A DNA stretch of 64,000 nucleotides from a virus. Taxonomy: Duplodnaviria; Caudoviricetes. A program made the translations under genes and the position numbers. Of the stretch, positions 31,079-40,670 are shown one piece after another. The DNA lies in the IMG/VR virus record IMGVR_UViG_3300038300_000071, positions 32,001 through 96,000 of that record, one strand, 5' to 3'. The notes below the pieces were generated by a model. It ran no database searches and was not told where the DNA came from. It saw nothing but the letters and a program-made list of their open reading frames with translations. Every line of letters starts with the position of its first letter. Position 1 is the first letter of the stretch.

Positions 31079-31160
31079 GCCGCTGTGGGGGAATTGGCAT
31101 ACCCGACGAGTTTAAGCCTCGTTGCCTTTGTGCATGAGAGTTCGAATCTCTCCAGCGGTA
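31079..31160 (+). tRNA. tRNA-Leu(TAA)
   Basis: acgag-tt-TAA-gc-ctcgt, variable arm, A73. Confidence 0.9.
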
Positions 31161-31167
31161 TTAACAT

Positions 31168-31241
31168 AGCTCTGTAGCCGAATTGGCATAGGCGGCAGTC
31201 TCAAAAACTGTAATTTACAGGTTCGAGTCCTGTCAGAGCTA
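31168..31241 (+). tRNA. tRNA-Leu(CAA), short variable loop
   Basis: gcagt-ct-CAA-aa-actgt, A73. Confidence 0.85.
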
Positions 31242-31245
31242 CTAT

Positions 31246-31320
31246 GTATTCATAGCTTAATGGTAAAGCGCAGTAGCAAATTGTATGAGCAAGATGTTGG
31301 TTCGATTCCAGCTGAATACG
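31246..31320 (+). ncRNA. tRNA-like RNA with aberrant anticodon arm
   Basis: Perfect acceptor, D and T arms; anticodon arm closes only a 5-nt loop. Confidence 0.55.
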
Positions 31321-31339
31321 TTAATGGAAATAAATATAA

Positions 31340-31421
31340 GTCGTCGTATATGTCTAAGGAGGACATCCAGTCTGTAAAACTGGCGCTTTGAGCTCGGTGG
31401 GATCGTTACCCACAGGCGACA
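31340..31421 (+). tRNA. tRNA-Tyr(GTA)
   Basis: ccagt-ct-GTA-aa-actgg, variable arm. Confidence 0.85.
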
Positions 31422-31425
31422 TTTT

Positions 31426-31470
31426 AAAAAAACTCTTTTAGTCTGATATAATAGGCTGAAAGAGTTTTTT
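31426..31470 (+). terminator. terminator ending tRNA operon 2
   Basis: aaaaaactcttttagtct...aggctgaaagagtttttt. Confidence 0.75.
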
Positions 31471-31705
31471 ATGGATTACAGACATGAGCGAAGGAACGGG
31501 AGCGTGTAATGGAAAATATACTTAAAGGGTTGCATGAGAAAGATCCTGCAAACAGGGTTGAATTTTCTTGTTTGAATAAGAATAAAGTTTTATGTTGGAT
31601 ATGCTATAAGGACGGCAAGAGGATTTTATCTGGATGCGAATCGGGAAAGAATCACAAAGAGGCCTTGGAAAATACAATGAATAACTTAAAAGAATAAGGA
31701 TTGTT

Positions 31706-32062
31706 ATGACTAATTCTACAGCGAAGTATCCTTTTATTCCAGAGTCAGCGGAAGGAAGAGTTGTTAATATTACTTGGACGGATGACGATGAATTTAAAAT
31801 GTTTGGAAAGTATAAGTGGAAGAATGGCGAAACTAAAACGATCAAGACGGAAGAGTGGTGGGTGGTTAGAAATGATGTTCACGGAAGATCTACTCTGTAT
31901 AATTCTAGTCATGGAAGTGATAACTCGAATTCATTTACGACTGAGAACGGGATTACGGTAAGAGTTCAAATGAACAATGATTATCTTCAAGTTGGAGAGA
32001 AAGTTGGAATTGAAGAATATGCTCCTGTTCCTGAAAAGATTTATTATTGTTATGGAACGTAA
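31706..32062 (+). CDS. hypothetical protein
   Basis: 118 aa ORF with AGGA RBS. Confidence 0.55.
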   Translation: MTNSTAKYPFIPESAEGRVVNITWTDDDEFKMFGKYKWKNGETKTIKTEEWWVVRNDVHGRSTLYNSSHGSDNSNSFTTENGITVRVQMNNDYLQVGEKVGIEEYAPVPEKIYYCYGT

Positions 32063-32138
32063 GAATAAGTTCATGTGAGATAAATTTAATATTGTTATTG
32101 TTAGTGTAAGATGACAATATTAAATAACGAGGTTAAGC

Positions 32139-33038
32139 ATGAACATTTTGATAAGTTATGCATTTATAAGAAGAAGTAAAGCATTGTTCAACTATGCATT
32201 GGCAATTTCTAAACATTGTAATGTATTGATCGATAGTGGCGCATTCAGTGCCTTTAAGTCTGGAGAAGTAATAACGTTAAAGGAATATAATAATTTCTGT
32301 AAGAAGTATGGAAAAAACTTTACAGGATATATTCAGCTTGATGTTATTGGAGATAAAGTACAGACTGAAATAAATTACCAAAAAAGCTTAGACGAGGGAT
32401 TGACTCCAATTCCCGTTCTTCAGGTTGATGAGGATGTAGAGAAGTCTATAAAGTTAAAAGAGACAACTGATTACATTTGCATATCAGGCCCAGCCGTAAG
32501 AGGAATTTCGAAAGAGTGGGTTTCTGAGAGGATCAGACAAGTTTATGATTTAACTGGATTGAAGATGCATGCTCTTGGCTTAGGCCCAACTGATGATATA
32601 GGAGATATACCTTTGTATTCTTGCGATAGCTCTGGATATACTATTCCGGGTATGAACTATCTTATTTCGCTGTTCAATGGAAAGAATTCGCTGCTTCATG
32701 AGCTTGATGATATGAAGTCTCTAGTGTTTGCTTCTAAGTGCGAAACAAAGGCTTTAAAAAATGGAAACAACAGTTTGTCTTACTTCTCTGGATTTTATTC
32801 TTATCTTCTGTATCAGCATTATATAAAAGAGAGTTTTGATAAGAACTATTATTTTGCAATTGCAAATAGTGACAATCTGAGAAGGCTTGCTTATATTTGT
32901 AGTACGAGTACTGTTGATAAACCAGATTATATGGGATATTATCATACGTTTAGAAATTACCGCATTAGCAATAGTAAAAAGCATATGATGACTGCTGTCC
33001 TTAAATATGGAAGTATGTTTAAATATTCAAACTTTTAG
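32139..33038 (+). CDS. TGT-fold (DpdA/queuine transglycosylase-like) protein
   Basis: IDSGAFS, QLDVIGD, PIPV, MHALG, SCDSS motifs. Confidence 0.7.
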   Translation: MNILISYAFIRRSKALFNYALAISKHCNVLIDSGAFSAFKSGEVITLKEYNNFCKKYGKNFTGYIQLDVIGDKVQTEINYQKSLDEGLTPIPVLQVDEDVEKSIKLKETTDYICISGPAVRGISKEWVSERIRQVYDLTGLKMHALGLGPTDDIGDIPLYSCDSSGYTIPGMNYLISLFNGKNSLLHELDDMKSLVFASKCETKALKNGNNSLSYFSGFYSYLLYQHYIKESFDKNYYFAIANSDNLRRLAYICSTSTVDKPDYMGYYHTFRNYRISNSKKHMMTAVLKYGSMFKYSNF

Positions 33039-33116
33039 AAACGTGCTCCTTAAAATATCATAAGTTATTCGATAGAGTAGAGATAGTACAATTTTAAATT
33101 AGATTAGGAATATTTT

Positions 33117-34049
33117 GTGAAAAAATTAACTGTAGTGATCCCATTCGCAAACGAGGGTGCTTATCTCAAAAAGACTTTAAATGGTATAAGGTTGACAGCA
33201 GAGGAAGAAGTTGACATTGTTCTGATTGATGATGCGTCAAATGATGGTATTGATTATGAGGAAATAGCAGAGGCATATAATTGTAAGTATATTAAAAATG
33301 AAGAGAGGATTGGGCCTACCGCAAGCAGGGGGAAAGGCGTGGCTTTAGCGGACACTCCTTATATTTTGCTCACAGACGCTCATATGTCCTTCTATTTCAA
33401 TGATTGGAATGTTCAGCTGGAAGATGCTTTAGATGACAACAGCAGGGCTGTATACTGCGCTAATCCGGTTCCTTTGAATAGATATGCCAGAAGGGATGCT
33501 CAGATATTAGATGGTCTTTTGCGTGAGGCTAATGTAATTGGAGTAAAGGCTAAAGATTCAAGAACGAGTTTTGTTCATGTTAGTGATGGGGAGACAAATA
33601 TAATACCAATTCTTTTTGGTGGAAGTTATGCCATTTCAAAGGAGTATTATAATACCTTGCATACATCTGAAAGTCTTAAAGGGGTTGGTTGCTTTAATTT
33701 GCTTTTAAGTTTGAAAGTGTTCTCGGAGGGCGGCGATCTTATATTCTTAGAAGACGTTGAGATCGGTCATGTTTATACTGATCTTTTATCATATGATGCT
33801 GATGAGTCTGCGTGTAGGGATGACAATCTTTTGTTGACTGGACTGATTTTAGATCTGTCAGGAGAGGATAAAGATAAATTCTTTGCCAGTGCAGTTGAAG
33901 GGGATGCGAAAGAAGATATTGATAGAAGGGCGGAAGATCTGGATCGATTGAAGGAGTTCATGTGTGATAATCTAAACTCAAGAGGGGCTGAGGAATTTAT
34001 GTTATTTAGAGATTCGTTTCAAGAAGATCTCATAGGGGATATTCCTTAA
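33117..34049 (+). CDS. glycosyltransferase family 2 (ppGalNAcT-like)
   Basis: VVIPFANE, IDDAS, TDAH (DxH), IGH. Confidence 0.8.
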   Translation: MKKLTVVIPFANEGAYLKKTLNGIRLTAEEEVDIVLIDDASNDGIDYEEIAEAYNCKYIKNEERIGPTASRGKGVALADTPYILLTDAHMSFYFNDWNVQLEDALDDNSRAVYCANPVPLNRYARRDAQILDGLLREANVIGVKAKDSRTSFVHVSDGETNIIPILFGGSYAISKEYYNTLHTSESLKGVGCFNLLLSLKVFSEGGDLIFLEDVEIGHVYTDLLSYDADESACRDDNLLLTGLILDLSGEDKDKFFASAVEGDAKEDIDRRAEDLDRLKEFMCDNLNSRGAEEFMLFRDSFQEDLIGDIP

Positions 34050-34200
34050 GTCTATATCGGAATAACAATTCTGTAAACATCTTATCAAAAGCCAGTGTTA
34101 ACTCTCATATTTTTTTTATAAGAAAGCATCTTATAGAGGTAGAGTCAATGCTGGCTTTTTTGTGTTTAAAAACAAGTTTAAAATTAAGATGGGTGTTCAG

Positions 34201-34947
34201 ATGTTAGTATATACGTGTAAAAAAAGATTTTTTTGTCCCTCATTGAAAAGGCACATTCCAGTAGGAACAGAAATGTTACGTTTTGAAAACATTACAAAGC
34301 TTACCATTAAAGAGTTTGATTCCAAGGGAAGAGCGACAGTTTATCATTACACAAGCGATGAAGAAGTTATATGGTTTCATGGAATGGAGTTAAATGCTGG
34401 CTTCTTTACTCCTAAGGGAAAATTTCAGGAAAGTGATGCCGGAAGAGTTATAATGGAATCCGGCGAGCCTACATTAACTCTTAAGGTGTTGAGTACTAAT
34501 GATAGAAATAAAGAAGGCTTTCAGATAAAGGGAGCATTTCATTTCAACAGGGATAGGAACAGGATAGAAGTATTTGATGGTGTTGTTTGGTTGAATGAAG
34601 ATTTAATTAAACTTAAAAACAAATCAGGGAAAGATCTGTATGAGGGTCATCCTGTAGTAGTAAGTAAAAATTTTAGCAATGCAGTAACTACAACAGATGT
34701 AGAAAAAGACGTAAATGTTTTAGGAGTTGTGGTTGATGGCAATCATGATGGTAGCTTTTTGACAGTGGCGATCAGCGGAGAATACAGAGTTAACATTACA
34801 GGCTCTATTCAAAGTGGCGACTTTATTACATCGGACAGCGATGGAAAGGCAAAGTCTAACGGATCGAACAAGGATGGATCTGTTTTTGGGATTGCACTGC
34901 AGAATGGTGAGAACGGCCTTATTAGGGCATTTATATTTCAAGGATAA
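34201..34947 (+). CDS. putative virion structural protein (C-terminal cement/fiber-like domain)
   Basis: GDFITSDSDGKA...GIAL C-term; N-term similar to the next gene (VYxCxKxFFC..LKR.I). Confidence 0.5.
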   Translation: MLVYTCKKRFFCPSLKRHIPVGTEMLRFENITKLTIKEFDSKGRATVYHYTSDEEVIWFHGMELNAGFFTPKGKFQESDAGRVIMESGEPTLTLKVLSTNDRNKEGFQIKGAFHFNRDRNRIEVFDGVVWLNEDLIKLKNKSGKDLYEGHPVVVSKNFSNAVTTTDVEKDVNVLGVVVDGNHDGSFLTVAISGEYRVNITGSIQSGDFITSDSDGKAKSNGSNKDGSVFGIALQNGENGLIRAFIFQG

Positions 34948-34950
34948 ATT

Positions 34951-36123
34951 ATGATTGTATACAAGTGTTTAAAAACATTCTTCTGCTCGCAGCTTAAAAG
35001 ATATATAGCTATAGATGCGATTGTTTATAGGTATGAGAATTCCACTAAGATAAATATAAATGGCTCTCCTTATACTGACTCAACAACTCAAGTTACATCA
35101 AACAGTTGGGAATTCGAAGATGAAACAGAAGTAACATGGTTCTACGAGCTTGAACCAGCTCCGAAAGGAACGTCTCTGTCAGGATTTTTTGAGTTTGTAA
35201 CGTATCTTCCAGAAGATGAAGCAGGCGGTGGTATTGGGGCTGGAACTGGCCCTGCTGGAGATATGATTTACATTGGGGATATTTTAGTTAGTGGAGATTT
35301 CCCAGATCTAATCGATAGAAGAATAGGCGATGTGTATCTAGTAGAAGCTCCCGTAACAGATCCAGAAACTGGTAATGATTATACTAATAATCAAACAATC
35401 ATGTGGGATGGGACTGAGTACGTAATTATAGGATTGTCTGATATTGAGGCAACTTCGTCAAATGAAAGAATAATAGAGCAGACTGCTCATGGATTCTCTC
35501 TTGGGGATATTGTAAGAATAGATTCGGTAACTGATTCATATGTTCTTGCGCAGTCTGATACTGATGTCAATTCGGAAGCAGCAGGAATGGTTACATTTAT
35601 AACAGACGTAGATCATTTTACCCTTACGACAGATGGATATTTTGACTTAACTGGATCTGGAGCCTCTGCGCTTCCTCTGGATATAGGATGTGTTTATTTC
35701 TTAAGCACAACCGTCGCAGGAGGAGTTCAGTTGACCTCTCCTAGTTTTGTTGGACAAATAACAAAGCCAATATTCTTATCTGAAACTGCAAACACTGGTT
35801 ACATTAGAATAATGAGAGGAGTTGAAATACTTCCTGCTCCTACAATTGTAGATGATGAATCTGACAGTGGTTACTTGGATATTGGTGATGCTAGAATTCA
35901 GTGGGGAAGAACTTCTTCAACTTTAGATACTGGCGAAACAATAGCATTCAATGTTCCGTTTGGAGTTGTGCCAGTTGTAACGACCACTTTAGAGCATCTT
36001 GGAAGCGAGGGCGGTGGAATATCAAGCATTACTGTTAATGACTTTATATATAATAGAGATGATGCTGTGGCAAATCCGGCATTTATTCATTGGCATGCTG
36101 TTGGTAAAAAGCCTATAGTGTAA
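34951..36123 (+). CDS. putative tail fiber-like protein
   Basis: AHGFSLGD repeat-type segment and C-terminal IQWG...W.A.G gp53-like tip. Confidence 0.55.
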   Translation: MIVYKCLKTFFCSQLKRYIAIDAIVYRYENSTKININGSPYTDSTTQVTSNSWEFEDETEVTWFYELEPAPKGTSLSGFFEFVTYLPEDEAGGGIGAGTGPAGDMIYIGDILVSGDFPDLIDRRIGDVYLVEAPVTDPETGNDYTNNQTIMWDGTEYVIIGLSDIEATSSNERIIEQTAHGFSLGDIVRIDSVTDSYVLAQSDTDVNSEAAGMVTFITDVDHFTLTTDGYFDLTGSGASALPLDIGCVYFLSTTVAGGVQLTSPSFVGQITKPIFLSETANTGYIRIMRGVEILPAPTIVDDESDSGYLDIGDARIQWGRTSSTLDTGETIAFNVPFGVVPVVTTTLEHLGSEGGGISSITVNDFIYNRDDAVANPAFIHWHAVGKKPIV

Positions 36124-36140
36124 AAAGTTTAATAAAAAGT

Positions 36141-36169
36141 TTGACATGTAAAGAAGTTAGAAGTATACT
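36141..36169 (+). promoter_or_regulatory. sigma70-type promoter of tRNA operon 3
   Basis: TTGACA-17 nt-TATACT. Confidence 0.85.
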
Positions 36170-36206
36170 GTAGTTATAAATTTAAAAAAATTAATGAGTA
36201 GATATA

Positions 36207-36287
36207 ATGAAAAGCCAAGTGATAGTCATAGATAGAGTGAGACGACAGGATTCTGATCGTCAAGTTCTGCGTGTGTCTAATGGCTAA
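36207..36287 (+). CDS. attenuator leader peptide 3 (MKSQVIVIDRVRRQDSDRQVLRVSNG)
   Basis: Q/V/I(ATA)/D/R codons match the downstream tRNAs. Confidence 0.85.
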   Translation: MKSQVIVIDRVRRQDSDRQVLRVSNG

Positions 36288-36309
36288 GTTATAAATCTAC
36301 ATTATTTTT

Positions 36310-36349
36310 AAAAAGCCCTTAGATGTAAAAATCTAAGGGCTTTTTTTTT
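36310..36349 (+). terminator. attenuator terminator 3
   Basis: agcccttagat-gtaaaa-atctaagggct plus T run. Confidence 0.88.
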
Positions 36350-36395
36350 GGATTGATTTGACTTAGTATGAAAGAAGGATAAAGTAAGTAAATAA

Positions 36396-36469
36396 GCACG
36401 AGTAGCTCAATTGGTTAGAGCATCTGGTTTACACCCAGAAGGTTGTGGGTTCGAGTCCCTCTTCGTGTA
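36396..36469 (+). tRNA. tRNA-Val(TAC)
   Basis: tctgg-tt-TAC-ac-ccaga. Confidence 0.92.
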
Positions 36470-36478
36470 TTTAAAGAG

Positions 36479-36551
36479 GCAGCTATGGTGAAATGGATTA
36501 TCACCTTTCTCTACGAAAGAAAAGTTCTGAGTTCGAATCTCAGTAGCTGTA
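36479..36551 (+). tRNA. tRNA-Arg(ACG)
   Basis: tttct-ct-ACG-aa-agaaa. Confidence 0.9.
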
Positions 36552-36627
36552 TTAAAAGTGAAAGAAAGTTAGAATGATAGATTGAAATATTTACAATAGG
36601 ATGTAGTGTAGTTAAAGAAATTTTAAT

Positions 36628-36821
36628 CGATGGATAACTCAATTGGTATGAAGTGAAGAACAGAAAGATATTCTAGAATGTCTTCCTGTAAGTAGCGTAA
36701 TTATTAGATTACTTTTTAGTAGGGTTTGATTCCCTAACTTGATTCGTCAAGATTGTAATCTAATTAGAGTGCCTAGAGTTGTATCTAGGAAGTGGAGGTT
36801 CGAGTCCTTCTCCATCGGCCA
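36628..36821 (+). ncRNA. tRNA-like RNA with roughly 115 nt D-loop insertion and 8-nt anticodon loop, ending GCCA
   Basis: cgatgga/tccatcg acceptor, actc...gagt D stem, T arm, encoded CCA. Confidence 0.6.
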
Positions 36822-36847
36822 TTTTAAAGAAAGAAAAGAATATGTAT

Positions 36848-36922
36848 GCTCCGGTAGCTCAGTTGGATTAGAGCATCTGCCTTCTAAGCAGAAAGTCCTT
36901 GGTTCGAGTCCAAGTCGGAGTA
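36848..36922 (+). tRNA. tRNA-Arg(TCT)
   Basis: tctgc-ct-TCT-aa-gcaga. Confidence 0.95.
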
Positions 36923-37308
36923 CTTTTAAGAAAGTAAGGAAAGAAGATGGAATATGTTATTAAGACAGGAATTTATTACTTTATGTTTTCAGGATTGCAC
37001 ACATGTACTACAAATTGTATAGAAGGTGCAACTAAGATTACTAATATAAATCATCTGAATAAAATGCTGAAATATGTCAGTACGAAATTTGAAGATGTGT
37101 CTTACGAGAAGGTGTAGAAATGAAAGAGATTTATCACTGTTCTTTGACCCGTATGGAAGATCTTTTGAATGCAGTAGATGAAGGATGTTTGTATGTGTAT
37201 GATACTTTCCCCGCATCGTCTTGGAGGGAGAAAGAAGATGAAAGAATGAGAGGGAAGCTGGAAAGACACTTTTCTGGAAAAGGAGATTGATGTAAAGAAT
37301 AAATTTAA

Positions 37309-37382
37309 GGGATTTTAGCTCAGTTGGTTAGAGCGGCGCTCTCATAAAGCGAAGGTCGTGGGTTCGAGTCCCTCAAGTCCCA
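37309..37382 (+). tRNA. tRNA-CAT, probably Ile2 (lysidine, reads AUA)
   Basis: ct-CAT-aa loop, GGG acceptor start; leader 3 uses only ATA Ile codons and has no internal Met. Confidence 0.8.
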
Positions 37383-37440
37383 CTTAGCAAGTGAAATGAT
37401 TAATGTGTGATAAAGAATATTATAGATGGAAAGTAGTTCT

Positions 37441-37517
37441 GGGGTTAGAAGGTTTATAAGAAGTAAAAAACCGCATGCGGCATATTTCTTATCTGAGTTC
37501 AAGTCTCAGTAGCTCCA
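37441..37517 (+). ncRNA. D-arm-less tRNA-like RNA resembling a tmRNA tRNA-like domain
   Basis: GGGGTTA/TAGCTCC-A with G3:U70, unpaired D region, long stem, T arm. Confidence 0.5.
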
Positions 37518-37519
37518 TT

Positions 37520-37649
37520 AGTTCTAAGAGTACGATGGAAAGTACAGGCAGTGAGTAAGTCCTAAGATGCAGAAGTCGCGAACTGCTGAGAATTCTAGCG
37601 AACGATTCCCCGAAAGGGATGGATATGGGTTCAAATCCCATTGGAACTA
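37520..37649 (+). ncRNA. tRNA-like RNA with multibranched central domain
   Basis: agttcta/tggaact acceptor, gtac/gtac D arm, atgggTTCAAATcccat T arm. Confidence 0.55.
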
Positions 37650-37823
37650 TTAAGGCACTATTACAGGCCTTGTGCGCACAAAAGCGATTAGACTATTATG
37701 CTCTGTCGCAGTATAGGAAGTTATGAAATGGGATTATGGCGTCGTATCATGATTTTAGGAAGTAATTTTTGAAATACTTATATTGCATAGCAGCGGCGGT
37801 TGTAAGCGGTATAAGTATATTTT

Positions 37824-37897
37824 GGCGATGTAGCTCAATTGGCTAGAGCACTGCCCTGTCACGGCAGACGTTGCGGGTTCGAATCCCGTCATTGCCG
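37824..37897 (+). tRNA. tRNA-Asp(GTC)
   Basis: ctgcc-ct-GTC-ac-ggcag, G73. Confidence 0.95.
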
Positions 37898-38114
37898 CTT
37901 TTAAGTAAAGGAAGGTGTTATGGAAGTTAAAGCAGAAAGATTCTATAGGGATCAGATACGATTGGGACTTTATAAGCTACCAAGTGGATGGTTGGATAAG
38001 TTTGATAGAATATATGGCTCTGTCGAAAAAGTACCTGTTGATAAGTTGGATTCAGCTTTAGGTTTGGTAGAGAGAAGTTTGTTAAGTTTAAAAATTAAAT
38101 AGTAGGTTGAGTTT

Positions 38115-38666
38115 ATGTTTGTAGAATCAGGTGATCATGTTCATAGTTTTGGTTGGATTGGAGTTCCTATTGAAGGAACTCAAAAGGATATGCTGTTGTC
38201 GATAGCGAATAAGATAGACAAGGAAGATTTATTCGAAGAAGACGATGATACTGGAATCGAAGAAGATAGCCATGTGACAGTTCTTTATGGAGTTCATGAT
38301 AAACAGAATTTCAAAGTAAAGGCATTGCTTGGATCTGTATTGCAAATGAATGGAGAGCTTGTAGGACTTCATATATTTGAAAATGAAAGATATGATGTTT
38401 TGGTCGTTAAGGTTGAAAGCGAAGACCTGAAAGATTTAAACAAAAAGTTGAAAGACGGTCTTAAGTATACTAATGACTATCCAGAATATAAGGCACATGC
38501 TACAGTCGCATACCTGAAGTCTGGAACAGGGAAAAAGTATGTAGAAGATTTTAAGAAAGTCGATTGCGTGTTTGATAGAGTTTTTTACAACAATTCTGAC
38601 AATACGCACAACGAGAAGATTGAGCTTAAGAAGAATGACATTGATGAAATGTTGAAAGGAATTTAA
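38115..38666 (+). CDS. 2H phosphoesterase, Acb1/T4 gp57B-like
   Basis: HVTVLYG and YKAHATVAY HxT motifs. Confidence 0.75.
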   Translation: MFVESGDHVHSFGWIGVPIEGTQKDMLLSIANKIDKEDLFEEDDDTGIEEDSHVTVLYGVHDKQNFKVKALLGSVLQMNGELVGLHIFENERYDVLVVKVESEDLKDLNKKLKDGLKYTNDYPEYKAHATVAYLKSGTGKKYVEDFKKVDCVFDRVFYNNSDNTHNEKIELKKNDIDEMLKGI

Positions 38667-38676
38667 AAGTATTCAT

Positions 38677-38748
38677 TGCTCTGTGGTGTAATTGGTAACA
38701 CTTTGCCTTTTGACGGCAACATTACAGGTTCAAGCCCTGTCGGAGCAT
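38677..38748 (+). tRNA. tRNA-Gln(TTG)
   Basis: U1:A72, ttgcc-tt-TTG-ac-ggcaa. Confidence 0.9.
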
Positions 38749-39059
38749 TATAATAAAAGGAATAAGATGATTGTTAATGTCAGATTTGAAAAGAATGAAG
38801 AATATAAAGAGTTTGAAGTTGAGATAGGTGAAAATGAGCATGTGGAAAATACAAACACTATACCGATCAAATTATATTCCGAGATAACGCAAGATCAATT
38901 AGACTCTGTGGTTGGAAAAGCAAATAAAATGCTGGAAGGAACTGATTGGGATTCTCCAGATGCTTATTTCGTAAATTACTGGCTATAAGTAGAGCGTTGG
39001 AAGCGTTTGCAATTTGTGTAAGAGCTGTTAAAGTAAGATGAAATTAAATAAAAGAAAGG

Positions 39060-39839
39060 ATGGCTATGATACTATTGCATGGTGACTGTTTAAAGGAGAT
39101 GGAAAATATTGAGAGTGGATCTATTGATTTGGTTTTGGCAGATCCACCTTACGGAACGACAAATTGTAAGTGGGATTCAATAATTCCACTTGGGCCAATG
39201 TGGCAGCAATTGAAAAGAATTGTTAAGCCTACGGGCGCTATCGTTTTAATGGGGAATGAACCATTTACTTCAATGTTAGTATGTAGTAATATTAACGAAT
39301 TTAAGTATCGCTGGGTGTGGGAGAAAAATAAATCTACAGGCTTTTTAAATGCTAAGAAACAGCCTTTAAGATGCATTGAAGATGTTTGTGTTTTCTATAG
39401 AAAGCAATGCACTTATAATCCTCAGAAGACATTTGGCCATAAGCCTGTCAATAGTTTCAAGAAGAATACTGGCGATGGCGAAACAATGGGAAAGACAAAG
39501 ATTGGCATTTCCGGTGGTGGTCAAACTGACAGATACCCTAAAAACATTATTAAGAATATCAGAGTGATGAATAATGATGGAAGTCATGGCAAAAAGACTA
39601 ACGCAACTCAGAAGCCAGTAAAGCTTATGGAGTATCTTATCAAAACTTATTCTAACGAGAATGATAAAGTGTTAGATTTTGCCATGGGAAGCGGTACAAC
39701 TGCGATTGCTTGTCTAAACACAAAGAGAAGCTTTATCGGTATAGAACTTGAAGCAGATGGCTTTAAAGATGCCTCAGAAAGAATAGAGGCTCATGCTAAG
39801 ACAATTGATTCTGCCCCAAAAGTATCGTATATTTTATAG
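39060..39839 (+). CDS. DNA N4-C/N6-A methyltransferase (beta class)
   Basis: DPPY followed by TQKP and DFAMGSGTT. Confidence 0.9.
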   Translation: MAMILLHGDCLKEMENIESGSIDLVLADPPYGTTNCKWDSIIPLGPMWQQLKRIVKPTGAIVLMGNEPFTSMLVCSNINEFKYRWVWEKNKSTGFLNAKKQPLRCIEDVCVFYRKQCTYNPQKTFGHKPVNSFKKNTGDGETMGKTKIGISGGGQTDRYPKNIIKNIRVMNNDGSHGKKTNATQKPVKLMEYLIKTYSNENDKVLDFAMGSGTTAIACLNTKRSFIGIELEADGFKDASERIEAHAKTIDSAPKVSYIL

Positions 39840-40670
39840 AAGTATTGTAAAATCAAAAGGAGTGTGAACTTATGAAGATCTAATAATCAACATAAGGAGT
39901 CCCAGATGGGGAATACATATAAGAATAAATCACATACTGGATATTATAGGCGTTGCAGAGGACATAAGAAGGCAAGGATAAACAAGGCGAGGAGTATTCC
40001 TCCTGATGGTTGGGCTGAAGAAAGATGGCCTTGTAATATAAACAATATACCTTGGATTATCGTTGAGAGAATGTTTAATGATGGTTGGCCTGAGTATGAA
40101 GCTTTTGAAAGAGTAATGAGAAAGTGCAGGATCAGCAGGAGTAAGGCATCGGATATAACGAAGTTTTTCTACCATAGAATGCGATGGTATAGAAAAGGAA
40201 AGCCTGAACCTGATAATAAAACTCCAGAAGGATATTTAAAAGTTTGGAGAATAACAAGAGTTAAGGTAAATAAATACAAATAAATAAAGGGTCATGCTGA
40301 AAAGTGTGGCCTTTTATATTTCAATAGGAATGGATATGGCTGTAGATTGCTTGGGAAGAGATATGAAGGTTGGAGATTGGGTTTCTTATACAAACACATG
40401 GCAGGCTGCTGATGTGAGAGTTGGTAAAATATCGATAATAAGAGATAAGCGTAAAGATGGAAAGCCAAGAGTTCATGCAGAGATCACAATATCTGGAATA
40501 GAGGGATATTGTACAAACGTAAATAGAAGTGGATATATATGCTTAATGGAGGCTCCCTTTGACAAGTTGAAAGGAGCGCTTGGAGTGGGAGATAAGTATA
40601 AGATGTAGTTGTATATTTTTTCAATATTTGGGAAGTATTGGAATGTATAACAACAGAAAGGGGTAGTAAG

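Noticed and set aside
36194-36235. Alternative upstream ATG ORF (MSRYNEKPSDSHR) in leader 3
   Set aside because: It has no purine-rich RBS, no codon match to the operon and ends before the anti-terminator.
37650-37822. SRP RNA, RNase P RNA or full tmRNA in the intergenic hairpin region
   Set aside because: A long hairpin is present near 37763-37818, but the diagnostic conserved motifs are not recognisable.
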